NCBI GenBank assembly: GCA_047495785.1
Contig: JBLDXI010000020.1
Coordinates: 1,364,001 to 1,428,000 of the forward strand
Direction: 5' to 3'
DNA: 64,000 nucleotides
From: Lepidodermella squamata
Lineage: Eukaryota; Animalia; Gastrotricha
This document shows, piece by piece, positions 1-14,522 of this stretch; positions within the stretch are counted from its first letter, which is position 1; the number at the start of each line of letters is the position of its first letter. The position numbers and the translations under genes are program-made. Under the pieces are notes generated by a model. It was not told the origin of the DNA. It saw only the letters and a list, made by a program, of their open reading frames with translations, and did not search any database.

Positions 1-90
1 TAATGAAAACTCGCCCACATAAGATTTTAAGTTGTGTCATATTCATTTTATGCTGTGCGGTTAACGGTGTCTTTTTGTTACATGTTATAG

Positions 91-2679
91 AGATGTTTGG
101 CTTAGGTTAAATGCTTTGAAACTAATGGATGCCGAATCAGGAGGTAAGCTTTATTCCGATTGTAAATTGTGACGTCGTTGCATTGCTAACTGCTTTTGTT
201 TAATAGGTCGCGGAGGCTCCAACGCCGTGGTTTGGCTCAAAGATGCTGGCTTGGATTACCTCATATCCAACAAAGGTTTGCTACACCTCTTAGCTTATTA
301 CTTGAGTTTCATTTGTTCTGATTTTTTCAGCCTCTTCCTCTAATAATTCGGAAAATGAGGAACGATCAGCCATGGTTATGTTTGGGAGCCTTACTCGACG
401 GCAATCCATTGCTGTTCAAGTAAATAATAAAAGCTAGACTCAAGTGTTTTATAATCTTGAAATTCTCTTGGTAGAAACGATTGCGTGAAGCTGGTAACGT
501 CTCTACGATCGCTGAGCATCCTATTCAACAACGCCGACGGGGCAATGCATCTGGAAAACCCCGAGGTAGCAGCATAACTTCAGAGACTCCTTTGGGCGGC
601 AGGCTCGTGTCGTCCTTTTCCGGTCCTCTTGATACACCATCGCCTCAAAAATCATGCGTGCCACTAAACATGGGCTCAAATCTTTTAAATGCTGCAAAGC
701 GATCGGGCAGCTATGATCTCGGCAAGTTGAGCATCAGCGAGACACCCGGTGTCGTTTTGAAAGCTCGAAGACATGTCGATATTATGGAAGCATATGATGC
801 TTGCAGCCCTGCTGATTCCTCTTGCGTTTACCGTGAAGAATCAGAGCGAAAGTCTCGCAGTGCTTCGGCTTCTGCTCCGGCCGCGACGGTTTACGAAGGC
901 TTTCCTGTAAGTTGCACTGAAATTATGTAGTTCATCGATAATTTTTTGCTTTTAGATATTTTCTGTTTCGCCTTGTGACGTTGGAATTACTCTGGCTTGC
1001 CATGACCTTTCGCCAGCGGATCTTATCGTTGTTAGGAGATTAGCATTCATTGAGTCGAGTGCTGTATTTGACGAGCTCAACATTCGGACTCCATCGCTGA
1101 ATCAGAATAATAGCGGTAGTACAAATTCTTTAATGGGCCTGTTATCTGGAAAACACGGTAAACAGCCATCAACCGCAAGCGCTTCATCACTGCCTATTTC
1201 TTCGTTGGAAAGTATGATAACGAAATCGAGATCTCGCAATGCACCGAAAGCGCGAGTGCCTCTGTTGATAGAGAGAGTGCTAGCTGAACTATGCTCGAGC
1301 AGATGTGCTAATTCTGAGGGCCTATTTAGAATTCCGCCTTCGCAACAACGCCTGCGAACGTTGCTACAAAGCCTTCAATCGAGTGACTTTAGCGAGTCAT
1401 CCTTCAATTTCAGCGAAGTCCCGCCTCCAGACTTGGCAGCCCTCTTGAAACATATTATCCGCTCACTTTCGCCATCATTGCTCACGGCTTCGTTGGAGCC
1501 ACTCTTCGTACTCGCCGTTACTGATATTCAGAACGAAAGTCCTAGCCCTCAACCTAGCAACAGCTTTTCAGCCGGCCAACCCGGAACTGCACCTGTACCA
1601 CCAGCAAATGCTGTCAGGGACCGATTGCGCTTGTTGAATTTGTTGGTTTTACAACTTCCCGACGTAAATCGAGATACCCTGCAGCTGATTCTGAGCAGTC
1701 TGCGGATCTTGGCCGGTCCTGCGTCGAATAATCGAATGGCAGCTTCCTCGCTCGCCGTTGTTCTAGCCCCACTGTTCTTCCCTACACTACAGCACCTGAC
1801 TGACGCTGATCACATTCATCGCCAAGTTTTAGTCGTTCAACTACTCATTATTTACGCCGATGTGCTCTTTGTCGTGCCAAATCAACTGCTTGATCAAGTC
1901 AGGTTGCACAACACGCTCCTGAACCAGCGAAATTTCGTCTCCGGGCCGAAGCACACTCGAAAGGTTGCAACCGTGAGTGTTGTTATGTGAATTTTGTCTT
2001 GCACGTACCTGTTAGATATAGCTAGTCATTGTAATTAAATATATGGCACTATTCTAATATTGTGATATGCTTGCATGTCATGTTAGCATATTGAATCATT
2101 TTTCAACTGTGAAATTCTTTGTTTATAGTCTTGGTGGAGATTTTGGTCCCGAGAACGAGTTGCGGCCCGAAAACTCCTCTCACCTTCAACCGGCAGTCCC
2201 GTGGCTGTTGACCAGCCCGTAATATCTGTGCTAACCCCTAATTTGTTTGCCTTGCCTTTGTCAAAAAGTGGCAAGGCGATGACGGGAGGAGGTGCCAACA
2301 GCGGAGGAATGGCAAACACTGTACAACTCCGGCTGAGAACCGACATGAAAGCTGCTGAAGGTGTCGAGACCACAGTTAAAAATGTGTTAACTGTCACACC
2401 GTCCGTTAAATCAGCAAATGTTCCCGGTCATGAATGGTTTCTTTTCGAAATCGGTGGCAATATCCGTAAGTTGATTGCTGGAAAACTATCAAAATGTAGT
2501 AATGTTTTTTGTCAAAAGATGAGCGGTGCCTAGACCCGCAGAGCGTTTTGTTGAGCATTTATCGACGCAACCCCAACGCTACATGGGAGCTGAGGTTGCT
2601 AGCGAGTAATCGCACTCTTCTGCCCGATCCTACTCGAAAGTTGAGCGTCGACAGCGTTGCTGATTCCTCTTCGTCTTGA
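91..2679 (+). CDS. Rho GTPase-activating protein, ARHGAP18/28/40 (Conundrum) family; 5' end uncertain (ATG at 125 or an exon upstream of the window)
   Basis: Exons ~91-143, 207-275, 331-419, 475-906, 956-1972, 2130-2465, 2519-2679 with GT-AG introns. Motifs WLKDAGL and LTRRQSIAVQKRL, RhoGAP arginine finger EGLFRIP, NRMAASSLAVVLAP, and C-terminal LFEIGGNI-HERCLD...NPNATW typical of ARHGAP18/28. Confidence 0.9.
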
Positions 2680-4051
2680 AATCTCTTGTCATATTCATTT
2701 GTACTAACTAGCTTTGTTGTCTGTTTCTACGGTATATTCCAAGGCAGCTAGTTTTTTCGATATCCGACGTAATTTTTAGCGGTGTCTTTCTATTGCACCC
2801 TTAGACAGGAACGACGATGAAGTAGCATCGCATATTCCAAGAAAAATTGTTGGAAAATAGTAATATGTAACGAAATAGCCAGTTGAAACTTGTTTCCTCG
2901 TTTCATGAAAGAGTTGCAATAGCCTTTCTAGCCATGACGATGATATTTCTAGAGCAGTCGTCTTTCCGCAAGACTGCGGTTGTGTGTTTCTTGAAAGTTG
3001 AAAATTCTTCGAGACAAAATTTACGATCTCACTTAGATTTGATCGGTCTCGTGCCCTTTTTAAAACATGGCATTGAGTAATTTGGCGCTGACTTCACGAT
3101 GCCATCTTTACTCTAACCACTTGCCTTTTTTGCTTCCTTATTCAAATTTGAATGGCTTCTTCTTGGTTTTTAACCAGATCAAGAGTACTTCAAGCTTCAA
3201 ATATACTAATTTGTTATTTAAAAACAAAATCGCTGCCTCTTGCTTTTTGTTCTTTTCCGACAAATATATTGATTCATCCGTTTACGAGAAAGAAATATTT
3301 TGATACTTGTGATGTACCAACCCTATTTGTTTATTTTCTACGCCGGTCTCAAGTCATGAGTCGATATGACCGAAAACTAATTACCTGATCATTCTTGATA
3401 AAAAACAATCTTGCGAATTATGAATTCTTGCGATAATTACTGAAAAAATGAGAGAGCGTTTTACTTGCATGCACATTAGTCATTTTTAATAATATTATAA
3501 TAATTTATTAGAAAATTCGTTTATATGCGAGTTGTGAACTTGTTGTAAATATGTCATTCTTTTATAAAAAAAATCGGCTTATGACCTGGATTATTTCTAG
3601 GCGTGTCGCTAGTGCCTTCGTCTATATATGTGTATTATTGTTGTGATCAATCGCTAAAAATTGCCTTCCCTTCGTCGAGTCATCAGTGTAATGCGACAAA
3701 ACTTGAAATGATATTCTTAATGTTCAATATCGTTATATTACTTTCTGGAAAAGGTGCAATTCAAGTGAAAAGCTGTATGGAAAATGTCAGAGCATTATAT
3801 TCACGACTACATGCCTGGTTTATTCTTACGTTTTAAATTCCGATCGTTATATTATTAATAATTTATTCGGAAAAATGTTGCTGTCGCGAGCCTTCTATAT
3901 GTTCATAAATTTTTAGTCGTAAATTTGAAGAAAAAGTGACGAGTTGAGAAATTGTCAATGACTGAATCGCAATAATGAATAAAAATGTTGTTGTTTCATC
4001 AATAATAGTATTTTTTGTATCTAATAATAGAAATATCGTAAATATAATATA

Positions 4052-4609
4052 ATGATTCGCTCAACTGGTTCGAGATTTGTGCGGCTCCTTGTTTGCCGAA
4101 ATCTTCAAAAGCAGCTGAGTTATAACGTAGTCCCAGCTCTGAGGATAGTTCATAGTCAACTCATTTCCAGTAACAGAACGTTTAGCGGGAAAGCGACAAA
4201 ATTCCCAGACCACATCAAAACGAACAATGATGAGAAATTGATGCCCGAAAATGAGTTTGTTCACCTCGCGAAATCTACCCTCGATCACATTGCAGAGCAG
4301 CTGGAGGCGTTAAACGACGACCCGTCTTTAAATATACCTCAAGAGTTCGATGTTTCATTCAACGGTGACGTTCTAACGCTTCGTCTAGGCGGCAATCTGG
4401 GCACTTATGTATTGAACACGCAAACTCCAAATCGCCAAATTTGGCTATCTTCGCCCGTCAGCGGGCCGAAACGCTTCGATTACCTCCCAGAAACAGGCTC
4501 ATGGGTGTACAAACATGACGGCAGCGAGTTGGGTCAGCTCATCTCAAACGAACTAACAAAAACTTTCAAAGCTGATGTTATTATAAATCCTTACATAAAC
4601 CACTCCTGA
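4052..4609 (+). CDS. FXN: Frataxin, mitochondrial (intronless)
   Basis: Arg-rich N-terminal targeting peptide; hallmark GTYVLNTQTPNRQIWLSSPVSGPKRFD...WVYKHDG. Confidence 0.97.
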   Translation: MIRSTGSRFVRLLVCRNLQKQLSYNVVPALRIVHSQLISSNRTFSGKATKFPDHIKTNNDEKLMPENEFVHLAKSTLDHIAEQLEALNDDPSLNIPQEFDVSFNGDVLTLRLGGNLGTYVLNTQTPNRQIWLSSPVSGPKRFDYLPETGSWVYKHDGSELGQLISNELTKTFKADVIINPYINHS

Positions 4610-4665
4610 AAGAAATATTATTGACTGTCTGTAATTTCTTTCATTTTTTAGGCTTTTTTTGTATA

Positions 4666-6466
4666 ATGAGTTCTGATTCAGCGATGGATGATTTAGTGAA
4701 AGCTTTCAGCTCTGCGGCGAGTGAATTCGACCCTGAATCAGCTAGTTCTGACCCGGTTCGATGGTGTCAATTCAAACAGCATCAAAGCGCCTCTTCAAAG
4801 GAAGAAAACCAGGCTAAACGTCGGGAGCGTGTTCTGAAAGACCAAATTCGGTTGAGAAATTCCAGGCTAGCCGAAGCTAGGAGGCTAAAGCCGAAACAGG
4901 AAACGAATGAAGACGCTGCTAAAACGGAACCTCAGTCGATGTTTGAGGAGGAATCGCTTCGGCCTGAAAGTTCCTCACCTAGTCAAATGCAAAATCGCCG
5001 GCGGCACTTGAAGTACGGCGATGATCCTGATTTGTTGAAACCAATGCTGAGTGAATGGATGCTGTCAGTTCCGGAAGATTTAGCCACCGATTGGCTGCTT
5101 ATTTTCTGCCCTATTGGTCGGCGCAACATGGTCGTTGCGAATGGCGGGACGACTAAGGTTTACTCAAAAGCCGGCAAGATTGTGATGAATTTCCCGAGTT
5201 TGCTGCCGAGCACGTCGGACTCAACTACAGTCATTGATTGCATATTCAGCCAAGCTGATCTCACTTTCTATGTCATTGATTTGTTGATGTGGAATGGAAC
5301 GTCATTTGTCGAAACTGACGTGTGTTATTCTCATTGCTGATTTAAATTTATTTAATTTTCTGTTATTTAATTTAGACTGAATGTCGGCAGTTCTTCTTGC
5401 GAAGTCGATTGTCGGAAATCCCGGATTTAGCAAAGAGCGGTGTTCATAATTCAGGGGTAAGCGTTTAAACAATTAAACGTCTGGTTTCAATCCTTAGTCT
5501 TGCGTTACCGCGGTGACAGAATAATTCGAAAGTACTGGAAAATTTAATTATTAATTGTTCCTTGCCATGATTTGATTATAAAGCCTGTCAATGGCGGTTG
5601 TCCACTCGTTACGAGGTGTCTCAATTTGGATTTGCAAGTGCATCGAACGATGACCTGCAGCTATGACAAAAAAGACATGTTCTCCCTCTGCGCTATATCA
5701 GTCATTTTTTGCATCATTATAAGGATTCATTACAATATGTCAGCTATTTCGATAAAGCCCCCCGTCCAACAGTCCATGGACCGGACCATTTTAAGTGAAA
5801 ATCGAATTTAATGTCCTGGGATTTTTAGTTTTAAAGTTGTCTGATGTATCCTAATTTTAATCATCTTACAGGTAAAGACGCATTCGAGGAGTCTGATTTA
5901 ATCTAATTTTCTAACAGATTGTCTTGAAGCGGAACCAATTTTGACTCTAGCGGAACCAGAATTTCATAAATATACAAATTGCTCAGCCGCCTTATTTTTC
6001 GAATAATTGTATGATATCATGTTTGCGCCTTGTTCTCAAAGTGATGATAACGACTTTTTCAGAAAATCATGTAGAATTTATCTTAATTTAGTGGAATTTT
6101 CGATAATTAATTGTGTTTAGGGGCTAATAAATTATTCAAAATTTGGTTTCGTTGAAAGTAAAACCTTTCCCAAGTAACATGATGAAAAAATGGGATGATA
6201 ATTTTGATAATGGTTCATCTTTGTTTCCGCAGTATCGTTTCGTATTGGCGCCGATTGTCGAAGACTGCCGGCCTGAATCCGTTGCCAAGGCACTTAGCGA
6301 ACAGCCACATCAACCGGTCATTGACGGACTGCTGTTTTATCATCGAAAATGCCACTACACCCATGGAATCACCCCAACTGTATTATGGCTGCGTCCCTTT
6401 ATGCTGCCGACAACTTTAGGGGTGAATAACGTCCCAGCCGCTCTACCTGGCGAACAGTCTTCATGA
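4666..6466 (+). CDS. SNUPN: Snurportin-1 (m3G-cap import adaptor)
   Basis: Exons 4666-5319, 5376-5456, 6233-6466. IBB-like Q..RRERVLKDQ..LR, MLSEWM..VP.DL..DW...CPIGRR, FYVIDLLMWNG, DGLLFYH..CHYTHG.TP.V.WLRP.ML. Confidence 0.93.
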
Positions 6467-6659
6467 TTCAACTCTCAAAGCTTTCTTTTTTCAACAAAAT
6501 AAAAGCTAGAATTTAGTTTTATTACATGGGAAGGTGTGGCGAATTGTATTTTCATGGAAAAACTGAATAATAAAAGTGATATTTTCCTATCAGTTCCGTT
6601 GCTTTGTTATTTTAAAAGAACGCTCCGCGAACACATGTGCGCGCGGGCCGATGCAAAAC

Positions 6660-7560
6660 TGCCGCCTGAGGTCGTAAAATCGAGCACGGACCAGGTAATA
6701 AAATGGCAGTTTTACGACCGCATCATGTTGCGGGTGCGCCGTTCAGCGGCCCAGCCTGGCTGTTGCTGGTTATTGAAAACAAATGCGATCTGTCTAAATT
6801 GCTTGTTACATTCTTGCTTGACGAGGCATCAAGTTTAGGTACAGACAGGGTGCACACAGTGAAGGTGCAGGTAAATTATGAAAAGATGTGAAGAGAGCGT
6901 AGATGATCATGATGATGTACAACGCCGAATATTTGATAAGGTGCAGCGATTTGCGCCGTACGGAATTATCATGCACTTTCCGGTGTCGCGGTGTCAATCG
7001 GAGGCCGGTTCATGCCGTCGACGCGTTTTCGCGGCTTCTTCTCACCCTGAGCGAGCGCTCGTGAGCCAAGTGCCATAAAGTCATTCCGGAGCGTGACCGA
7101 AAAACAGGCGGTTGCGCACGGGCACGTTTCGCAACTCCACTCTCGCGCGCGCGCGGCAGCCGAAAATCGTTTATGAGCGCTGCATTAAAGGCCCTGGGCT
7201 CTCGAGAAGTGAGCCATAAATTCGCGTCATGTGCGTTTTTCGGTGAGTCGAGTGGCAATTTTATGGCTCAAACGACAGCGACACCGGATTACATGTGTTG
7301 AAAGATACCGCAGTCAAGGGGTTTGGCGGAAAGGATGAGCAATAAAAACCGCCCGCAGCCAATAGCGGCTCGGCTCGACGCTGATTGGCCAGATGTGTGT
7401 GCGGTGGTTTTACGGCCACGCGCGCTGCGCATCACCGACTTGGATGATTTAGACGCCCAAGAAAACGTTTTGCAATAAACAACGCCAACCGCTTTGAGTC
7501 GACGCAAGCGGGAATAAACTTTTTTAATAATTATTGTCATTTTATAGTATTCCCCCGTAT
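6660..7560 (+). promoter_or_regulatory. CpG-rich upstream regulatory region of Post2 with clustered Cdx/posterior-Hox-type motifs and two opposed CCAAT boxes
   Basis: GTCGTAAAA 6671, GTAATAAAA 6695, TTTTACGAC 6710, GCCATAAA 7072 and 7213, TTTATGA 7170, TTTTATGGC 7259, GCAATAAA 7339 and 7472, TTTTACGGC 7408; CAGCCAATAG ~7356 and CTGATTGGCC 7381. Confidence 0.55.
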
Positions 7561-7859
7561 AGTTTATAGCTTGAGATGATAATTACGATCGTTCGCTTTT
7601 TATATTATAATATTTACAGTTCACTCCTATGATATCTGTGCTATGTTATATTACTTTTTTATTCTCACCTTAACTATAAAATAGACATCATCGCGATCAT
7701 TTGTCAATAATAAAGCTATATCGCTTTTATTGCCGCACAACTCGTGTCATCATCGTCATTACGTTCGAACGAAGGTATAGAGAAACACACCTTTCGATTT
7801 ATTTTCAAACAATATAACCATCAGCAACAAAAAATGAAAAAATTGTATTTGCTGCAGTC

Positions 7860-9392
7860 ATGGAGCAGACCAGTGCGTTTCCGAACACCGTCGCGTCGCC
7901 CCCGGCAAATGGCGATGATCTACTGCCTGCGACTCCTTCGGCTGGAACCAATAATGTTACTGTTGGTGGAACAGTCGCGCCACAAACAACGTGGCAGGCG
8001 CCCTATTTCAACCCATCTTACAATTCGCAAAGCACGCCCGTCGACCCGTTTCTACTAGGTCTCAACGCGGCGAGCGGGAATTCGACCAGCTATGACGCTT
8101 CGGCGCTTAACTCATACTATGCAAATAACGCCGTTTGGTCGAGCAATGTCAATCATAGCAAGTTCTTCAACAACAACCTCGCCAACTTTTCAAATCGTAC
8201 GCCGCAACAAAACTTTTACGGAAATAACATGAATTTCGTAAATCAGCCGATGCCTACGTAAGTTATAGCGACCTCTCATCTTAATAATGCCGTATAATTG
8301 TGGTGTTGAACAGCTTTCCAACTTTCAGCCAATCAGCTGGTTCAACTCATGCATACGATGCCCAACGTGGGTCGAATTTGAAGCTATCCTCGCCAGATTC
8401 GGGAATAAAAGATCAGGACAACATTCTAGCGAGAGCTAACGTGAATGGATATTCGAACGCTTTTGGCTCTGGCAATGTTGCTGGAACTTCTGTTGAATAT
8501 CCTCTTCAAAACTGGCTGGCCAATACGCATCAAATCGCCTCGGTTTACGATTTATACGCCTCTGCACAACAAAACGCGTTACCTTTTCTTGTCGACCAAC
8601 TAACTGCCTCTTCGAATCAAGTGGCTAACAACGCTGCCAATGCGGCTCGAATGGGAGCTGCGCACCCTTCGAACTCGAACCGGCGCTACCAGCAGCGAAA
8701 TCATGGGGACCCGCTTCACGGCCCCGGTTCAACATCTGGCCCAGATCTTAGCGACCCGAATAACACGGCGGGTAGCGACCGGCCCGGGTCATGCGGTACG
8801 ACAATGGTGACATCGTCGTCGTCGCTCACCACTGGGACACCGGTCGGCAATGAGTCGCAGTCGCACGGGGGTCCGGAGCTAGCGAAAAATGGACGCAAAA
8901 AGCGGAAACCCTACAACCGAACTCAAACCGAGCTGCTAGAACAGGAATTTAACAAAACTTCGTATATAACTCGTCAAAAGCGATGGGAAATATCGCAGAG
9001 ACTTCATTTAACCGAGCGCCAAGTCAAGGTATTGCTTTTATTTCTCCTATTTTTCTGTAATGCCATAATTCTGATTCCCTTAGGTGTGGTTTCAAAATCG
9101 TCGTATGAAGCACAAGAAGTTGAAGGAACGTGCGAAGACCGTGAAACAGCAACCGATTGGCTCAACTTCACATTCGAATTCGAATCGTCAGCGGTCGAAC
9201 GCGATAGCCCCCAAAACGGAGTGCCTTTACGGCAACATGACTACCGCCCATAATCAAAACAACGCCTTGTTCGACATGGCTAAAGCTGCCCCACCCTCGA
9301 ACGTTCTCATGTCGCCTTTCGTGCAGTCCGGCCAGCAACTCGCGCTATCAGCACAGACGGCAAATGGATCCATCACCTCTACTTATCACTAA
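7860..9392 (+). CDS. Post2: Posterior Hox homeodomain protein, spiralian Post2 type
   Basis: Exons 7860-8257, 8314-9028, 9084-9392. Homeodomain RKKRKPYNRTQTELLEQEFNKTSYITRQKRWEISQRLHLTERQVK|VWFQNRRMKHKKL; YITRQKRWEIS is the Post2 signature. Confidence 0.92.
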
Positions 9393-9980
9393 TCTCCAAC
9401 AAATTGATTTCACCGAATGTAGATTGCTTTGTAAAAATCCATGTACTGGGCTTGTATAAATACTTGAAAATTATATAATTATTTCTTATTCGAACGATTA
9501 GTGTGATTTTACCTTATTCGGCAAATGAAATGTCGCGTTAAATTTATTAATATTCCGATGTCACTTCTTATTATTGCCTCTGAATCAAATAACTTCGATG
9601 CATTTAGATTCAAGCTATTGTTTTTCTTTGAAACGCACCTAAAAAGCTTAATGCTCGCTTTTAAAGAGACTTGATTGATACGGAATGTAAAAAAAACTAG
9701 TAATAAAAGACAGTTTTCATTACCATTTCGGAGTTTATTTCATTTTCAGGCAATCGTTTCAATTAACAAAGAACAGAACTGAGAGGTAAATAACACAGCT
9801 ATAGAATATCACAGATCGAAAATGGACAAATTAGTGCAGTCCAGGCTTATGAGAAAACAAAACAGAGATTTTCATCACAAATCGATAAAAAGTTGAAAAT
9901 TAAATTTTGATTCGAATAGTATTATCACATTTTTGGGGCGGCGAAAGATTATGAAGAAAGTTGGGCATATTTCGCAAGAT

Positions 9981-11788
<1,808 letters not shown>

Positions 11789-12891
11789 CTTAGGGCCACG
11801 TTGAGATTGAGCTACTTCTTATTTTAAACTAACAACATGCCTAAATGGAAGAAAAAGTGAAGAAACACATTATTTTACGCGATCGAAAAGACCTTCTATT
11901 TTTATTGCGCCGAATATGCGATAAAAAACACGTTGAAGGGATATTATAACGGAATATGCTTGAAATGTAGATGCATGGCCTTGGCACAGTAGACGATATG
12001 CTGACGAAAAATATGTGTATAAAATATTCAGTATGCTTGAAATTGAAAAATATTATTTTGTGATGTATAGATAATGATGTTCCACGTTTTTCCAGTAACC
12101 GGGCGAAACAATATCATCATATTCATAATAAAATAAATTTATATAAGATCAAAATTTATCAACAGAATAAGCAGGTTTAAGCCATAAATTCAGAAGTGGC
12201 ACGCGAAAAAGTATCAATTCAGTTGTCATGCAATGTCATAGTGACAGAAAGAGCAACTGATATAGTAGTAATTAACAACCGCATATTTTGAATTTTAACA
12301 TTTCAGGTAAATGAAAGATTCAAGGCGGGCTTTCAATTCATACCAAAATTAGGCGCATCTCTTCTTTTGAAGAACTTCTCAACGTTAAGACGGACGAACA
12401 TTGATAACAATTATTATTAGAAAATGACGACAGATGACGGTACAAAATTGATGTCGAGGGCAAGCCGAATAAAAGCAATGGAAGTACGTACAAAAGAGCC
12501 GTGTGGGAGAATTTTGTCAAAAAATGGGAATCATGATGGTTAGCAGCGAATCGTAGAAACTAGGTATAAACGGCTAAAACGTGGTCGAACAATACGGAGG
12601 TCGGCATGCGAACGCATCAAAAATTAAGGCTGCATCTTCTCTCTGAAAAATTGCCATGGCATCTTGCTAAATGATCAAACAGTGAGCAGCATTAAGTTTT
12701 CAAAGGCCCCAGGCGGCGGTCGAAAAAAACGGTCACTCGATGGCAAGAAAACAATGATTCATGTGGGAAGAAGTAACAAAATGCACAACGAATATATAGG
12801 CACAGAAAATAGGTAGAAGAAGGTAGAGATGAGAGAAGTAAAGTTTTATTCGACTCAGAATTTTAATGAAGTCCTGACTGATAGTCCAAGT

Positions 12892-14353
12892 TTATAATCT
12901 GTGTCGGAACGAGCCGATGCGAACAACGTGCATTTTCATTTGCCGGACAGCAGCTAAAAAGCCATCAGCAAGCGAAACGTCGACTTTCGGCTCGCTCTGC
13001 TGCTTAGAATTATGACTTTGAGCACCGTGTCTTCCATGGTGGTGGCCGTGATGATGGCCATGATGGCGCGAATGCGTCCTCTCAACGACTTTCGGCACTA
13101 TGATTGCGGCTAGAAGGCCACAGGCCATCAAATTGTGGACGATTAATCCCAAAATTGAAGTTGATAAGAAGCTCGGAGACACAAGTGAGTCGTTAACTTT
13201 AAAACCAGTCCCAGCATCACAAGGCCACATATTGGTTGAATTTGAGAAATTTGCGTCTTGTAGACAATGCTAAAAAAATAGCAGAATTAGAGAATAACAA
13301 ATGCTTGAGGTCTGGTTTTACCTTGGATTTAAAATCCTCCAAGAATCCTTCAAACTGGAACTGAGTTGCCCCAGTAGAGCATAAATGGAAAAGTTGATGC
13401 GAATGGCCAAAAATGTCGAAGCGACCTGGTGCAAAACGCTCAGGAACATGCGACAAGTAGAAAAATGCGGCTAAAAATGAGAAAACGAAATGCACGCCGT
13501 GGTGACTGATGCCTGCAGCATTGAATCCGAGTGACTCTCCGTGCCAATACCACATTCCATAACGATACAAAACCGGCCAAACAACGAAAAAATAAGGCAT
13601 TACATAGGCGAAAAATCGGCCTGAATGAATGATTATCGGGTTTGGATCTGGTGCAAGGCGAGTATAACAAGCCACCAAATGACTAAAAAATGAAGAAATA
13701 TTGCTGGAAAACACTATCAAACATTTCAAAAATTACCTGGAAGCTGCTAGAAACAATGCAATCGGCAAATAGCTCATCACAGCTAAATCAGTATCTTGAT
13801 CTCTGGCCTCGCCGTCGCGAGGAAACGAGTAGGCTCGATAAGCAGCAGCACAGCCGTAACTGTACAGTGAAATCGCCAGGTAATCAAAAGTGAAAGCGAT
13901 GTGACGGGCGTGCATCGAAAGAGTGTTGAACAAATGAGCAGCGGCCGAAAGTAAACCGTACAGTCCAGAAGTTCCGAGAAATATTACCATAGGTAAGCCC
14001 ATTGTCGACGTGAGAAATATCGAAGAATTTTCATGCAAATATAACCAAAGGAGAAGGCCAGAAAAATAAAGACCGGGTAGAAAATGGGTCCAAATGTTCC
14101 AAGTTTCATTGTGAAACGGCCAGATCATTCCTATAAGGCATTCGGATAGAGTGCATTTTGGCGGCCTATACGCTCCGAGAATGAAAGGCTCTTGGAAAAT
14201 AGCCGGTACTTCTTCGTAGAGAAATAACTTGTGGAGTCGCCAATTTTTTGCCGAGGATGATGATTCAGCAGGAATTTGCTCAGCAGGAGAGTCAGCAGTT
14301 GAATCACCGTCGTTGGCGCTTACTTTAGTTCGGCGCCGCAGGACGACGGACAT
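12892..14353 (-). CDS. PAQR family membrane progestin receptor-like (PAQR5/6-like)
   Basis: Exons 14353-13737, 13682-13322, 13269-12892. Motifs EPFILGAYRP, HNETWNIWTH, SAAAHLF, FDYLAI, PERFAPGRFDIFGHSHQLFH; multiple TM segments. Confidence 0.92.
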
Positions 14354-14522
14354 GTTGCCACCAAAAATAAAAATAAAACCTATCAACAAAATTAGAATAA
14401 GTTTTTACAAAATTCAAAGGCTTCCTGTTTCATCACAGCCTTATTTATACAAATCAGGAGGCGAGACTCAAAAATAGTGCATGAAGTAGAACCGGAGATG
14501 CCGATGCAATCAGGACATGCTG

